64,000 bases of DNA. Origin: Candidatus Defluviibacterium haderslevense (lineage in GTDB: Bacteria > Bacteroidota > Bacteroidia > Chitinophagales > Saprospiraceae). Each line of letters begins with the position of its first letter. The stretch's first letter is position 1. The translations under genes were made by a program, and so were the position numbers. Of this stretch, positions 37,015-46,806 are shown piece after piece. Below the pieces are notes generated by a model that saw nothing but the letters and a program-made list of their open reading frames with translations, had not been told where the DNA came from and searched no databases. Location of the stretch: positions 2,559,831-2,623,830 of the forward strand of contig JADJRL010000003.1 of NCBI GenBank assembly GCA_016712225.1, read 5' to 3'.

Positions 37015-37929
37015 TTAAAAATAGTATTTATTATAGTTTTTCCACCTTTTGGGTAATGTTTCAAATTGCAGATGAGCTTGATCAGGAGTCAAATAATCAC
37101 AACTTCCATGAGGCCTTAATTCATTGTAGGCTTTAATGGAATGTTTAACAAGATTATAAGTTTGATCAAATCCCAAATGAGTTTGATGAAGATTAAATTC
37201 AGTTTTGATAATACCATTTACTCTTTCCGCTAATGCATTTTCATAAGGATCTCCATTGTCAGTCATACTAATTTTAATATTATGTTGATTAAGTAAATGG
37301 ACATATTGATGTGAACAATATTGAGAACCTCTATCCGAATGATGAATAATGGGATGGTCATAAATTCTATTATTTAATGCCATTCGTAAGGCCTCAACAC
37401 ACCCTTCTGCCTGTAAATCATTACGAAAACAGTAACCAATAATTTTTCTGGAAAAAGCATCTGTAATCAAACTGAGATAGCCCCAATAGTTAGTTAATCT
37501 AATATAGGTAATATCACTTACCCAAACTTGTTCGGGTTTAGTTATAGTAATGTCTTTAATGAGATTGCAGTATTTTTTCATCCAGTGTTTTGAATCCGTA
37601 GTAATGGCTTTTCTTTTTCGTTGTCTTATCATTAATTTGCATTCTGAAAGTAAATCAAATAGATAATCTCTACCAATTTTTATATTGTGAGATTGAAGAG
37701 TTGGTTTTAATAAATGAAATAATTTTCTTGTACCTAGCCTAGGAAGTTGTTTCCTAATGGAAATAACTTCTTGAAGAATTATATCATCACGAATACTAAT
37801 TTTTTGCTTAGTCCACAAATGGTCATAAAAAGCATGTCTAGTTTTGCCAAACAGTTTGCAAAGCCTTCCGATCCCTATTTTAGGATTGTCTTGTTTTGTT
37901 TTAAGGACTGCTTGGCACCAGACTTTTTT
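37015..37929 (-). CDS. IS3-family transposase OrfB (rve/DDE integrase domain), expressed as an OrfAB fusion by -1 frameshift
   Basis: DDE triad contexts WVSDITYI, HHSDRGSQY and ENALAERVNG. The -1 frame is open from the slippery site (..KKVWCQAVLKTKQDNPKIGIGRLCKLFGKTRHAFYDHLWTKQK..). Confidence 0.9.
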   Translation of the reverse strand, partial: KKVWCQAVLKTKQDNPKIGIGRLCKLFGKTRHAFYDHLWTKQKISIRDDIILQEVISIRKQLPRLGTRKLFHLLKPTLQSHNIKIGRDYLFDLLSECKLMIRQRKRKAITTDSKHWMKKYCNLIKDITITKPEQVWVSDITYIRLTNYWGYLSLITDAFSRKIIGYCFRNDLQAEGCVEALRMALNNRIYDHPIIHHSDRGSQYCSHQYVHLLNQHNIKISMTDNGDPYENALAERVNGIIKTEFNLHQTHLGFDQTYNLVKHSIKAYNELRPHGSCDYLTPDQAHLQFETLPKRWKNYNKYYF

Positions 37930-38447
37930 CTAATATCAATGTTGAGTTGTTCTTCTGCAAGATCAATAAGTGTATTAAGAGCCTTGATTTTAAGCTCAGC
38001 TTCTTCTAGAGCCTTTTCCAAAGCTAGTTCGTTTGAGCCTATATTTTTAGTTAGATTTTTAGACATCACTTGTCCATTTAACTCACAAAGTTGGTCATTT
38101 TCATTTTTAAATTGAATAATCCAATCTCTAATTAATTTACTGTTTTTAATCCCATATGCATCTTGAACTTCTTGGATGCTCATTCTGCCTTGCTCAATGG
38201 CGCTTACAATAGTACGTTTTTGGAGCTTCGAATAGCTTTTCCGCTTGATATTGTCCTTGTAGTGAATTGATCCGTAATCTTTCATCCATCTATCAATAGA
38301 TCTTTTTCCTAATCCATATAGGTCTTGCATTTCCTTCCGTGGGTGTCCGGATTCAATATCGCTAACGATCTTTAAGATTAAACGCTTGTCATATCGACCT
38401 TGCTTTTTCCTGGTTTGGGCATTAAATTCCTGATCCTTTTGTACCAT
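37875..38447 (-). CDS. IS3-family transposase OrfA (HTH + leucine zipper)
   Basis: 190 aa with HTH segments and a coiled coil (LEKALEEAELKIKALNTLIDLAEEQL). It ends shortly after the A6G site. Confidence 0.9.
   Translation of the reverse strand: MVQKDQEFNAQTRKKQGRYDKRLILKIVSDIESGHPRKEMQDLYGLGKRSIDRWMKDYGSIHYKDNIKRKSYSKLQKRTIVSAIEQGRMSIQEVQDAYGIKNSKLIRDWIIQFKNENDQLCELNGQVMSKNLTKNIGSNELALEKALEEAELKIKALNTLIDLAEEQLNIDIRKKSGAKQSLKQNKTILK
37923..37929 (-). promoter_or_regulatory. Programmed -1 ribosomal frameshift heptamer A AAA AAG
   Basis: The minus strand reads aga-aaa-aag in the orfA frame. This is the classic IS3/IS911/IS150 slippery motif, 46 nt before the orfA stop. Confidence 0.85.
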
Positions 38448-38802
38448 AAACAGTTTTTTTGTGTATAGTTTTTTTAGGACGGGTCACTATAATGCAGCCA
38501 GGCAGATCAAGAGCATCTCACAATGAATGATTAAGTTGACAAGCCTATACCTTGACAAATGGAAAAGAGAATGGAAAAGATATCTTTCAGTTGGATATGA
38601 CAAATGTTCTTTTGGGCTTAGATTTTAATAAACCTAATTAAATCATCGCCAATCCAAAATCAAATTTTAATTGGTCTATACATAATTGAAAAAATTATAC
38701 TCAATTAAATTAAATAGGACAAAATGAATAGAATTCTTGTATATTTGAAGAAATTGGTTTATTAAATAGATGGATTGTTATTTTGAATCTATAAAATATA
38801 AA

Positions 38803-40338
38803 ATGTATACTATTGCAAGAATAATCGCTATTAATGTATTTATAGGAATTCATACATTATTTGCGCAATTCTATGATGCCAATTGGATAATAGGATGGGG
38901 AGGGAATAGTACAGACAGTATTGTTTTTGTAGGATTGATGCAAATAAATTTTAATAAGGGATTAAAGATTAGTTACCCACTTAAAGATAATCCAATCTGT
39001 AATACTGGATTTTGTCCATCTGCTGTATCAAATGCAAAAGGTGAATTATTATTTTATTCAGATGCATTTCATATATATAATAGAAATCATGATATTGTTA
39101 AAGGTGGCGATCACATTAATCCTGGACCATATTGGGATGCATATATTGGAGCAACTTATCCCATGCAAAATGGTGCACTTTTTTTGCCATGGCCAAATCA
39201 TCTGGAATTTTTTTTTCATTTTCATAAATCCTTTGGTGTTCTAAAAGATGATCCAGAACGTGAGGTGGCTGCTGGCTGTGATAAATTATATTATACATTA
39301 CTTGATCTAAATGGGGATAATGGAATGGGAGAAGCAATAAAGAAGAACGTTATGCTTCTGGAGGGTGAAATCAACACAGCCAATATGTCTGCATGTAAAC
39401 ATGCCAATGGTAGGGATTGGTGGCTTATTCAAAAGACTTCAGGACATAATGAGTATTTCTTTTATCTTTTAGATCCTTCAGGAGTACGGTTACATCATAA
39501 ACAATTTATTGGCCCTAATGGAGCAAAATTTGATTGGAATGGTAGGGACTGCTTTAGTGAACAGGGTGACAAGTATATTCAAGTGAATCATGTAGATCAC
39601 CTTATAATTATGGACTTCGATCGGTGCAATGGTGAATTGTCTAATCCCTTACAAATTATTAATCCAGTAGCTAAACTCGATAGTCAACCATCTGTTAGTA
39701 TAGCCATCTCACCATCAGGTCGGTATTTATATTTCTGTAATATTACTAAGATATGGCAGTATGACTTACATGCAAAAGATGTAGCGCAAAGTGTGATACA
39801 AGTTGCTAAATATGATAGCTTCTTATATGAAAAATATTTTCCGACTACTTTTTTTAATATGCGTCTTGCTCCTGATGGAATGATATATATCTGCCCTTTC
39901 AGTAATAACAATGCCTATCTACATCGGATTAATTTTCCAGATCGTAAAGGATTGGCTTGTGAAGTAATACAACATGCTGTGAGGATGCCAGCAGAAATGG
40001 GTGGGTCATTACCAGTCATGCCTAATTATCGGCTGGGGCCTTTAATTGGAAGTTCGTGTGATAGTATTTATGATATTAATTCCAATGCCAAGTTTAATGT
40101 ATTTCCTAATCCTGTTGTTGATTATTTGTATATAACTACCAATATTTCACAGCTGTTTAAACTATCATTAAATATCCAGGTTTTTGATTTATCTGGAAAG
40201 GAGGTATTGGAATTCTCATTTACGAATCAAGATCAAATGATTAAAATTCCTGTATCGCATTTAACTCAAGGAATGTATGTTTATAAGATTATTTCTAATG
40301 AAGCTGATTTAGGTTTTGGTAAATTTATAAAAATTTAA
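38803..40338 (+). CDS. Secreted protein with T9SS C-terminal sorting domain (N-terminal region unrecognised, possibly beta-propeller)
   Basis: Signal peptide from the ATG at 38803 (MYTIARIIAINVFIGIHTLFAQ). The CTD reads FNVFPNPVVDYLYITT...GMYVYKIISN...GKFIKI. Confidence 0.7.
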   Translation: MYTIARIIAINVFIGIHTLFAQFYDANWIIGWGGNSTDSIVFVGLMQINFNKGLKISYPLKDNPICNTGFCPSAVSNAKGELLFYSDAFHIYNRNHDIVKGGDHINPGPYWDAYIGATYPMQNGALFLPWPNHLEFFFHFHKSFGVLKDDPEREVAAGCDKLYYTLLDLNGDNGMGEAIKKNVMLLEGEINTANMSACKHANGRDWWLIQKTSGHNEYFFYLLDPSGVRLHHKQFIGPNGAKFDWNGRDCFSEQGDKYIQVNHVDHLIIMDFDRCNGELSNPLQIINPVAKLDSQPSVSIAISPSGRYLYFCNITKIWQYDLHAKDVAQSVIQVAKYDSFLYEKYFPTTFFNMRLAPDGMIYICPFSNNNAYLHRINFPDRKGLACEVIQHAVRMPAEMGGSLPVMPNYRLGPLIGSSCDSIYDINSNAKFNVFPNPVVDYLYITTNISQLFKLSLNIQVFDLSGKEVLEFSFTNQDQMIKIPVSHLTQGMYVYKIISNEADLGFGKFIKI

Positions 40339-40358
40339 TTCGATACAAACGATTTATA

Positions 40359-42212
40359 TTACGCGAATTTATTTTTTTTAACCCTTTTTGCTGATTTATA
40401 ATCAATCTGACTTGATAATTTATTTACTTTGCAAAAGTCAACTATTGCTTGAAGGAAGGCTGGGCCATATTTTTTGATTTTGAATTCACCAAATCCGGAA
40501 ATTTTTAGAAGATCATCCATGGTTAATGGCAAGTAGGTGATGAGTTCTTGTAATGTAGCATCAGAGAATATAATGTATGGTGGAACTTTTTCAGTAACGG
40601 CTAATTCAAATCTTACTTTTTTTAAAATCGTAAATAAGGTAGGATTTTGTTCATGAGTAGATTGAGGGAATTGTTTTTTTACAACGGGTTTTGGTGGAAC
40701 TTCAATCTCGCGAATTTTGATGATGACTTTTTTATGGTCAAATAAAACATTATGGCTAAGTGGACCTAAATGTAAAACCGGATATTCACCTTCATTCATT
40801 TGAAGTATGGATTGCTGATTTAAAGCGGCAATGTATTGTTTCCAAATATCCTTGGAAAGATGTTTGCCAATGCCATAGGTTTTTATTTCTTTGTGTTCTT
40901 CTCGTGTCGTTTTACTACCTCGGAGAAAATCAATCACATAGTTGATACCAAATCGTTCATTTAATCTACTCACCGCACTGAGTACTTTTTGGGCATCAAT
41001 CGTAATATCTTTTTCGGTAAATGAAGTCAAACAATAATCACAATTACCACAATCATCAGGAGCGGACTCATCAAAATAATTAAGCAAAAATTTTCTTCGG
41101 CATGCATGTATTTCACAAAACCGAGACATCAGATCTAATTTCTGAAGCATGATTTTACTTTGTTCCGGATTGCCTTCTATACGTGCGAAATGTTGTAACT
41201 TAAATACATCACTTTTGCTGTAGAAAAGTATAGCCTCACTGGGTAATCCATCACGTCCTGCTCGACCCGTCTCTTGGTAATATCCTTCTATATTTTTGGG
41301 TAAGTCTACGTGAATGACAAAGCGTACATTACTTTTGTCGATACCCATTCCGAATGCAATAGTAGCCGTGATTAATTTAACCCGATCTGTCAGAAAATCA
41401 TCTTGTCTCTGTTCACGAATGTCTCTGGGCAATCCTGCATGATAGGCCTGAGTTGGGAATTGATCCTTGGATAATTGTTGGGCTAATTCTTCTGTGCTGT
41501 TTCTGGAAAGACAGTAGATAATGCCGCTATCATCCGGATGATTTTTTAAAAAACTAATGAGTTGGGTGTAATAATTTGTTTTCGACTTTATGGTATATTT
41601 TATATTCGGACGATTGAAAGAATTTTCAAAAGTAAGGTGATTAACAAAATTTAATTTGGCGACAATATCTTGTTGTGTAATTCGATCCGCTGTAGCAGTT
41701 AAGGCCATGATGGGGACATTAGGAAAATGAACTTTTAAATCACCTAACATGAGATATTCTGGTCTAAAATCATGACCCCATTGGCTAATACAGTGCGCTT
41801 CATCAATGGCAATCAGAGAAATAGAAAGTGACTTCAAAAATTGTAGAATAACAGCATCATTGAGCAAGCGTTCAGGGGCTAAATAGAGTAATCTGAGTTG
41901 ATTGGATTTAAGTTGATTAAATATCCGTTCGTGTTCAGATACTTCTTGTGTTGAATTGATAAAAGCTGCCGGAATTTTATTTTGATTCAAGGCATCTACC
42001 TGATCTTTCATAAGTGCAATCAAAGGTGAAATGACTAGGGTTAATCCTTGATTAGCCAATGCAGGAATTTGATAACACAATGATTTTCCACCACCTGTTG
42101 GCATGATAACCAAGCAATCTTTTTTACTTAAAGCTGCCTGAATAATATCTTCCTGATTATGACGGAATTGATCAAAACCGAAGTGTTTTTTTAAGAGTAG
42201 GGTGGGTGTCAT
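40359..42212 (-). CDS. recQ: ATP-dependent DNA helicase RecQ
   Basis: 617 aa with Walker A PTGGGKSLCYQ, DEAH box IDEAHCISQWGHDFRP, the RecQ zinc-binding Cys cluster (C..C..C..C) and a C-terminal HRDC region. Confidence 0.95.
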   Translation of the reverse strand: MTPTLLLKKHFGFDQFRHNQEDIIQAALSKKDCLVIMPTGGGKSLCYQIPALANQGLTLVISPLIALMKDQVDALNQNKIPAAFINSTQEVSEHERIFNQLKSNQLRLLYLAPERLLNDAVILQFLKSLSISLIAIDEAHCISQWGHDFRPEYLMLGDLKVHFPNVPIMALTATADRITQQDIVAKLNFVNHLTFENSFNRPNIKYTIKSKTNYYTQLISFLKNHPDDSGIIYCLSRNSTEELAQQLSKDQFPTQAYHAGLPRDIREQRQDDFLTDRVKLITATIAFGMGIDKSNVRFVIHVDLPKNIEGYYQETGRAGRDGLPSEAILFYSKSDVFKLQHFARIEGNPEQSKIMLQKLDLMSRFCEIHACRRKFLLNYFDESAPDDCGNCDYCLTSFTEKDITIDAQKVLSAVSRLNERFGINYVIDFLRGSKTTREEHKEIKTYGIGKHLSKDIWKQYIAALNQQSILQMNEGEYPVLHLGPLSHNVLFDHKKVIIKIREIEVPPKPVVKKQFPQSTHEQNPTLFTILKKVRFELAVTEKVPPYIIFSDATLQELITYLPLTMDDLLKISGFGEFKIKKYGPAFLQAIVDFCKVNKLSSQIDYKSAKRVKKNKFA

Positions 42213-42519
42213 AGCGGTAAAGATATGTTGGTAACTTGGCTTTAGCCAACAAACAAAGATACAATCTTGAACCTAAAAAACAAATACACAACATTTAGTC
42301 CAATTTGTTTTACGTATTAAGATTTGTTTTGTGTAAAGTAAGCTATCGCGGCTTGAATAAATGGGATATTCATTTTAACAATCGTAAGCTAAATAAGGAA
42401 AATTTCTACGCCATTTATTATCCCATTCTATTCATTTCTATCTTACCCCATCAATTTTAAAATGATCCAATTCAAACATACCTATTAAATTTACATTCCT
42501 ATTATAAGTATTTTATCCT

Positions 42520-42852
42520 ATGAAATCGAATTGGATATTTTATCTCGGAGTCATCATTAATGCAGGTGTACTATTGTTCGCCATTTCAAATGGTTTGATG
42601 ATGCACAAGAATTTTGATGGAATAGATGGGAAAAGTATAAGTCCGATTGAAGGCATGCCATTATGGAGTCAATACATGATTTGGGTGATTCCAATAGCAT
42701 TGATTTTATTGATCATCACAGCATTTTGGTTAAAGTCCATAGGGAAAATGATGGGTGCTCATATATTGTTATGGATAACAGGCTTACCTATGCTTGTAAT
42801 GTTTATCTTATGGGGCGGTTTAGCTTTGTTGTTTATTTTATTTGGTAAATAG
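42520..42852 (+). CDS. Small polytopic membrane protein, unknown function
   Basis: 110 aa with 3-4 hydrophobic helices. It is the first gene of a same-strand run. Confidence 0.55.
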   Translation: MKSNWIFYLGVIINAGVLLFAISNGLMMHKNFDGIDGKSISPIEGMPLWSQYMIWVIPIALILLIITAFWLKSIGKMMGAHILLWITGLPMLVMFILWGGLALLFILFGK

Positions 42853-42876
42853 CATTCCAAAAGCTTTGGACTAAAC

Positions 42877-44283
42877 ATGTTAGAAATAAAAGAAATTAAG
42901 ATCATTCAGACTATCGGCGATCAAAAGAAAGAGTGGTCCATTCAAGAATTACTTGAAATTCCCGACCCACTTTCAGGTGAGCCATTAGAACCTCGAAATG
43001 CTGCTATGTTTAAAGTAGTTGAAATGGCTGAGGTACTATATAATGAACTTTCAAAAACTGCTCTATTGCGTTATGATTTTTGGAAACAATTCAAACCTGA
43101 CAGGATCGTTGAGCAAAAATTTCAGTATACTACAAAAGTCACCCATACTTATCAATGGGAATTAACGATTGATTCCAAAGGATTACATTATAAAGATATT
43201 TCCGGGGATTACACACCACAATTAGGAGCTGTAACTGACCAATTGTTTAGTGATTTTTGGTTTTATGGTCCGTTGTTGCCCATTCCAGATTTATTCTTGC
43301 GTAAGCTATTGGTCGCCACTATTCGCAACGCATTTATACAAGCAGGAAGCCCGGCATCGTATAAACATTTTGAATTATTCGAATATCCTGAGGTGAATGA
43401 TTCGAACCATTATTGGCAAAATGGAGATTACGAGGCAAGTGATTTTGTCTGTGTTCGGTATTACGGAATTGAGATTGGAGCTACCAATTGGCGTGATGGT
43501 TTGGCATATCAATGGTTTCTCTCTTTTGAATATTTTTTAACAAAACCATATCAAGAAGACACTGTATTGACTCCTGAAATCAGAGCAGAAATCGAACTAT
43601 TGCTCGGACGTAAATCAACACAAAAAAGATTGGAAGACATTACTAATCCAGAAAAAAATGCCGAATCAAAACGTCTTTTCATGGACAATGGTGGTCAAAT
43701 TCATTACATCCATCTTCATGGTTTTGGTGATGACTACAAGGCTACTTATAGTGAAGAAGCTGCTTGGCGGGCAGAATTGATCGAACAATACATCAAAAGA
43801 CTTTCTGAAGAAGAAAATGAATTTACATTGATTCATATTGCCAAAGGTTTGGAATTGAATGGTGTTAAAAATGTTGGGGAGTTGATTTTTACAGCTACCA
43901 AAAGTGCTAATCCAAAAGGTAGGCAGGCGCTCACAAAAATTCTCATTGACCAATATGATGCTGAACTTGGCGCAGTAGCGTTGATTTCATTACTCGAATA
44001 CGAGCGTTTTACTGATTATTGGCGTAATTATGTTTTTAATTCGTTGTTCAAATTGCGAGATAATATAACCGTTCAACATTTTATCATTGAGAAACTAAAA
44101 GGTGACCATAAAATTCATTTTGAAAAATCAGTTAACGTACTTCGTGCTTGGAATTACCGCGGCGATGAAGACCAATTAGATAGGAATTTACTAAACGAAT
44201 TGAATTGGGAAGATGCCACAGCTCATGATCCGAATTTTCGTTCTGCTCTCGATAAAACAATCAAAATCATTCAAAAAAAATGA
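42877..44283 (+). CDS. Hypothetical cytoplasmic protein (468 aa), no recognisable domain
   Basis: Long ORF lying 24 nt after the preceding gene. It has no signal peptide or TM segment, and the C-terminal third is helical-repeat-like by eye. Confidence 0.65.
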   Translation: MLEIKEIKIIQTIGDQKKEWSIQELLEIPDPLSGEPLEPRNAAMFKVVEMAEVLYNELSKTALLRYDFWKQFKPDRIVEQKFQYTTKVTHTYQWELTIDSKGLHYKDISGDYTPQLGAVTDQLFSDFWFYGPLLPIPDLFLRKLLVATIRNAFIQAGSPASYKHFELFEYPEVNDSNHYWQNGDYEASDFVCVRYYGIEIGATNWRDGLAYQWFLSFEYFLTKPYQEDTVLTPEIRAEIELLLGRKSTQKRLEDITNPEKNAESKRLFMDNGGQIHYIHLHGFGDDYKATYSEEAAWRAELIEQYIKRLSEEENEFTLIHIAKGLELNGVKNVGELIFTATKSANPKGRQALTKILIDQYDAELGAVALISLLEYERFTDYWRNYVFNSLFKLRDNITVQHFIIEKLKGDHKIHFEKSVNVLRAWNYRGDEDQLDRNLLNELNWEDATAHDPNFRSALDKTIKIIQKK

Positions 44284-45557
44284 AAATCATTCTACTTTTA
44301 ATCGCATGTATTATCATAATCTTTTTACTTTACTCATTTGCCAAAAACAAATATGAAGAAGTGAAACTTTCAAAAGAAATCCAATATGGTCCATTTACTA
44401 TTCAGGCAAAAGTTTCAAAAACCAAAAGTTTTAATATGAACTATGGCCGTATGACGAATAATACCAATGTAGCATATCATGTTTTGTTTAATGGCAAACC
44501 TATTACGTATTCAAGTGGTTTGCAAAACAATACCGGATTGCCATTTTTGTGGGCAGTTTATGCGCTAAAAGATGCACCGGATCCCACCCTCATTGCGGGC
44601 AGCCAAAGTCTTTATATGATCTATATTAAAGACGGAGTACCCAAAGTTGAACCATTACTTATTCAAAGTACAGATTTCGCATCGCTACAATTTTTAGATC
44701 GTAAGAATGGTCAACCAGGTGATTATTCTGAGGTTTTTATGAAAAGTGAGACAACTCAATTGGAAGAATTGGATCGTCTTGAAGGAGGACGATTTCTCAT
44801 GGTTAGTGAACATGCAATTCTAGATGTTCAGACCCGCAAAATATGGCCTATGAACAAAGACAATAATCCAGTAGAAAATTATTCATATCCTTCACCACAC
44901 GGGGCGTTAGCTTTTTCACCTGATCAAAAAAGTATTGTTTTTCATGCTGAATTTCAAAGTTGGAATACTCAAGATGAAAATTTGCCAGACTCGGAACACG
45001 CACTTGTCGTTTATCATTTTGAGAAAGATAGTGGCTATGCAGTTAAATATGATGATACAGACACACGAATGACGAATGTAAATGACATCAATTATGAATG
45101 GTTTAATACTTATTTTGAATGGAAAAAATTTCCTGAAGGAGATCGATTGGAATTGAGATCATTTAAACAATTACCCTATTGGTCCGGCAAATTTGATCCC
45201 AAGGATCATTATTACACCCTTTATCCAGTAAAGCCAGAGATGTTAGCTGTTTTTTTGAATTTTGTTTTTGAGCAAATGGCTTGGACCAAGAGTAATATTA
45301 TTAAAGATGAGACCGGTGAATATACAGGACATAGTTATACCATTGGTTCCGGAGATTTAAAATTAGACATCGGATTTAAAGAAGATGAGCAAAAACTAAC
45401 TTTCAGTAAGTATCTTTATGACGATAAAAATACTGAAAGCGATGCTGTAGTGAAAAAAATAGCTCTAGCCTTTAATGCAGAACTTAATGAAGGAAAACAT
45501 CAAGAGCTATTTGGGCGAATTTTTAGTGAGACAAAAAAAATCCGAGGTGTAAAATAA
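44280..45557 (+). CDS. Hypothetical membrane-anchored protein (425 aa)
   Basis: Its start overlaps the previous stop (ATGA), and it has an N-terminal TM helix. One segment resembles a PD40/TolB-type propeller blade (ALAFSPDQKSIVFHAEF). Confidence 0.65.
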   Translation: MKIILLLIACIIIIFLLYSFAKNKYEEVKLSKEIQYGPFTIQAKVSKTKSFNMNYGRMTNNTNVAYHVLFNGKPITYSSGLQNNTGLPFLWAVYALKDAPDPTLIAGSQSLYMIYIKDGVPKVEPLLIQSTDFASLQFLDRKNGQPGDYSEVFMKSETTQLEELDRLEGGRFLMVSEHAILDVQTRKIWPMNKDNNPVENYSYPSPHGALAFSPDQKSIVFHAEFQSWNTQDENLPDSEHALVVYHFEKDSGYAVKYDDTDTRMTNVNDINYEWFNTYFEWKKFPEGDRLELRSFKQLPYWSGKFDPKDHYYTLYPVKPEMLAVFLNFVFEQMAWTKSNIIKDETGEYTGHSYTIGSGDLKLDIGFKEDEQKLTFSKYLYDDKNTESDAVVKKIALAFNAELNEGKHQELFGRIFSETKKIRGVK

Positions 45558-45634
45558 TAAGATAAAAAAATATTTAAAGCACAATCTATTTCTTTAAAAA
45601 CTTGCAACTTTTCAGATCACAATATGAACGTAAG

Positions 45635-45760
45635 TTTTTGTCATCATTTTTGCAAAAATCATGCAAAAATGCCAATAAAAACATTTTAAATTTACCTTTT
45701 ATGACGGATTTTATCCGTCGTAAAAAATTGACCGCCAATACTGGGCTCAAATCTGAATAG
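45635..45760 (+). repeat. Non-coding repeat 'A' (about 125 nt) related to 54061..54190
   Basis: Shared colinear blocks: TTTTTGCAAAAA, TCATnCAnAAAT, ACATTTT, the hairpin ACGGAT-nnn-ATCCGTC, ACCnCnAAnACTGG and TGAATA. Confidence 0.6.
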
Positions 45761-45780
45761 TTTCTAAAAACCCAAAACGT

Positions 45781-46146
45781 ATGATGCGATACTTACTTGG
45801 TCCTGAACTCTTTTGGCTCCTGCTTTACATAGGTGCTATTTTACTTGGAAAAGCCAATACACCACCTTCAAAAGACATTGACAATATCATTGAATACTTG
45901 TGGTTTTGGATTCCAGTAATTTCACTGTTAGTATTTGGTCTATGGTGGCTACCGGCTCCAGAGAAAAATGGACTATTGCTGCGGGTTTGGATTTTTGGTT
46001 TGATCGGTGGACATTTGGTTCTTGAGAAAGCATTGAGTGCTTATAGTAATCAAGGTCCTGGAATTGGGATGGGTTATCTTGCAGGGCTGATTTTGATTTT
46101 TATATTTCTCATCTTGGGAAGTATCATTGTGAGTATTAAATTTTAA
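45781..46146 (+). CDS. Small polytopic membrane protein, unknown function
   Basis: 121 aa with four hydrophobic helices. Confidence 0.55.
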   Translation: MMRYLLGPELFWLLLYIGAILLGKANTPPSKDIDNIIEYLWFWIPVISLLVFGLWWLPAPEKNGLLLRVWIFGLIGGHLVLEKALSAYSNQGPGIGMGYLAGLILIFIFLILGSIIVSIKF

Positions 46147-46290
46147 AAAATAGTAAAATAATTTGGTGGCATTTTTTTTGAGAACTGAAATATTGATTAA
46201 TGATTTTATGTGTTGACTAAGAAATTTTAAAAATGATTTGATCATAAATATTAGTGTCAAATTGATTTGGTTTAATATATATTAAATAGG

Positions 46291-46779
46291 ATGGAACAGC
46301 GAACTAAGAATACTTATGGTGTTCAGATTTACGAATTTGTGAAGGATATTCTTGTGGTTTGTCCAAAGTGTGAAGGACAGGCAGTGGTACATAGTGGTGA
46401 TTTTCACACCTTGAAATTCGCACATACTGATGTTAAAGTTGTTTGTTCACATTGTGGTTTCAATAAATTGATGGAACGGGTTTCTCCCCGAAAAGATGAC
46501 AAGCAGAAGCGAGGAAATGTTCTGATATTTGGAGCGCCCATAGATCCGTTTTTTCACTTGCCTGTGTGGTTGTGTACTGAATTTGATGGAGAGCAATTAT
46601 GGGCATATAATTTGGAACATCTTGATTTTTTGGCTGCACATATTGGGGCAAAACTTAGGGAACGAAATGTACTGAAATTTAATGTTAAGAGTATAGGAGC
46701 CAGACTGCCTAGATGGATGACTTCTGCGCATAATCGTGAAGCCATTCTGAAAGCCATTGAAAAATTAAAGAGTAAATAA
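46291..46779 (+). CDS. Hypothetical zinc-ribbon protein
   Basis: 162 aa. CPKC...x24...CSHC forms a four-Cys ribbon near the N-terminus. No other domain recognised. Confidence 0.6.
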   Translation: MEQRTKNTYGVQIYEFVKDILVVCPKCEGQAVVHSGDFHTLKFAHTDVKVVCSHCGFNKLMERVSPRKDDKQKRGNVLIFGAPIDPFFHLPVWLCTEFDGEQLWAYNLEHLDFLAAHIGAKLRERNVLKFNVKSIGARLPRWMTSAHNREAILKAIEKLKSK

Positions 46780-46806
46780 ATATCTTGTATTCGCAATACT
46801 GCCATT

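Larger units (their letters stand above)
36922..38486 (-). mobile_element. IS3-family insertion sequence (orfA/orfB with -1 frameshift), apparently intact
   Basis: The terminal inverted repeats are TGTCTTGTCCTAAAATAGCTATACAG (36922-) and the reverse complement of 38461..38486, TGACCCGTCCTAAAAAAACTATACAC. They match at 20 of 26 positions and both start with TG. CTA flanks both ends (36919-21 and 38487-89) and may be a 3-bp target duplication. Confidence 0.85.

Noticed and set aside
37747-38115. 122-aa plus-strand ORF inside the IS3 element.
   Set aside because: It is antisense to the orfA/orfB junction, where the IS3 coding frames, the frameshift site and the DDE motifs are unambiguous.
36286-38770. 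Calling the DnaA-box array region a chromosomal origin (oriC).
   Set aside because: There are only four same-orientation boxes, no dnaA or dnaN nearby, and flanking genes that read through the site rather than diverging from it. Skew cannot be judged from 64 kb. I keep it as a finding about the repeat, not as an origin annotation.
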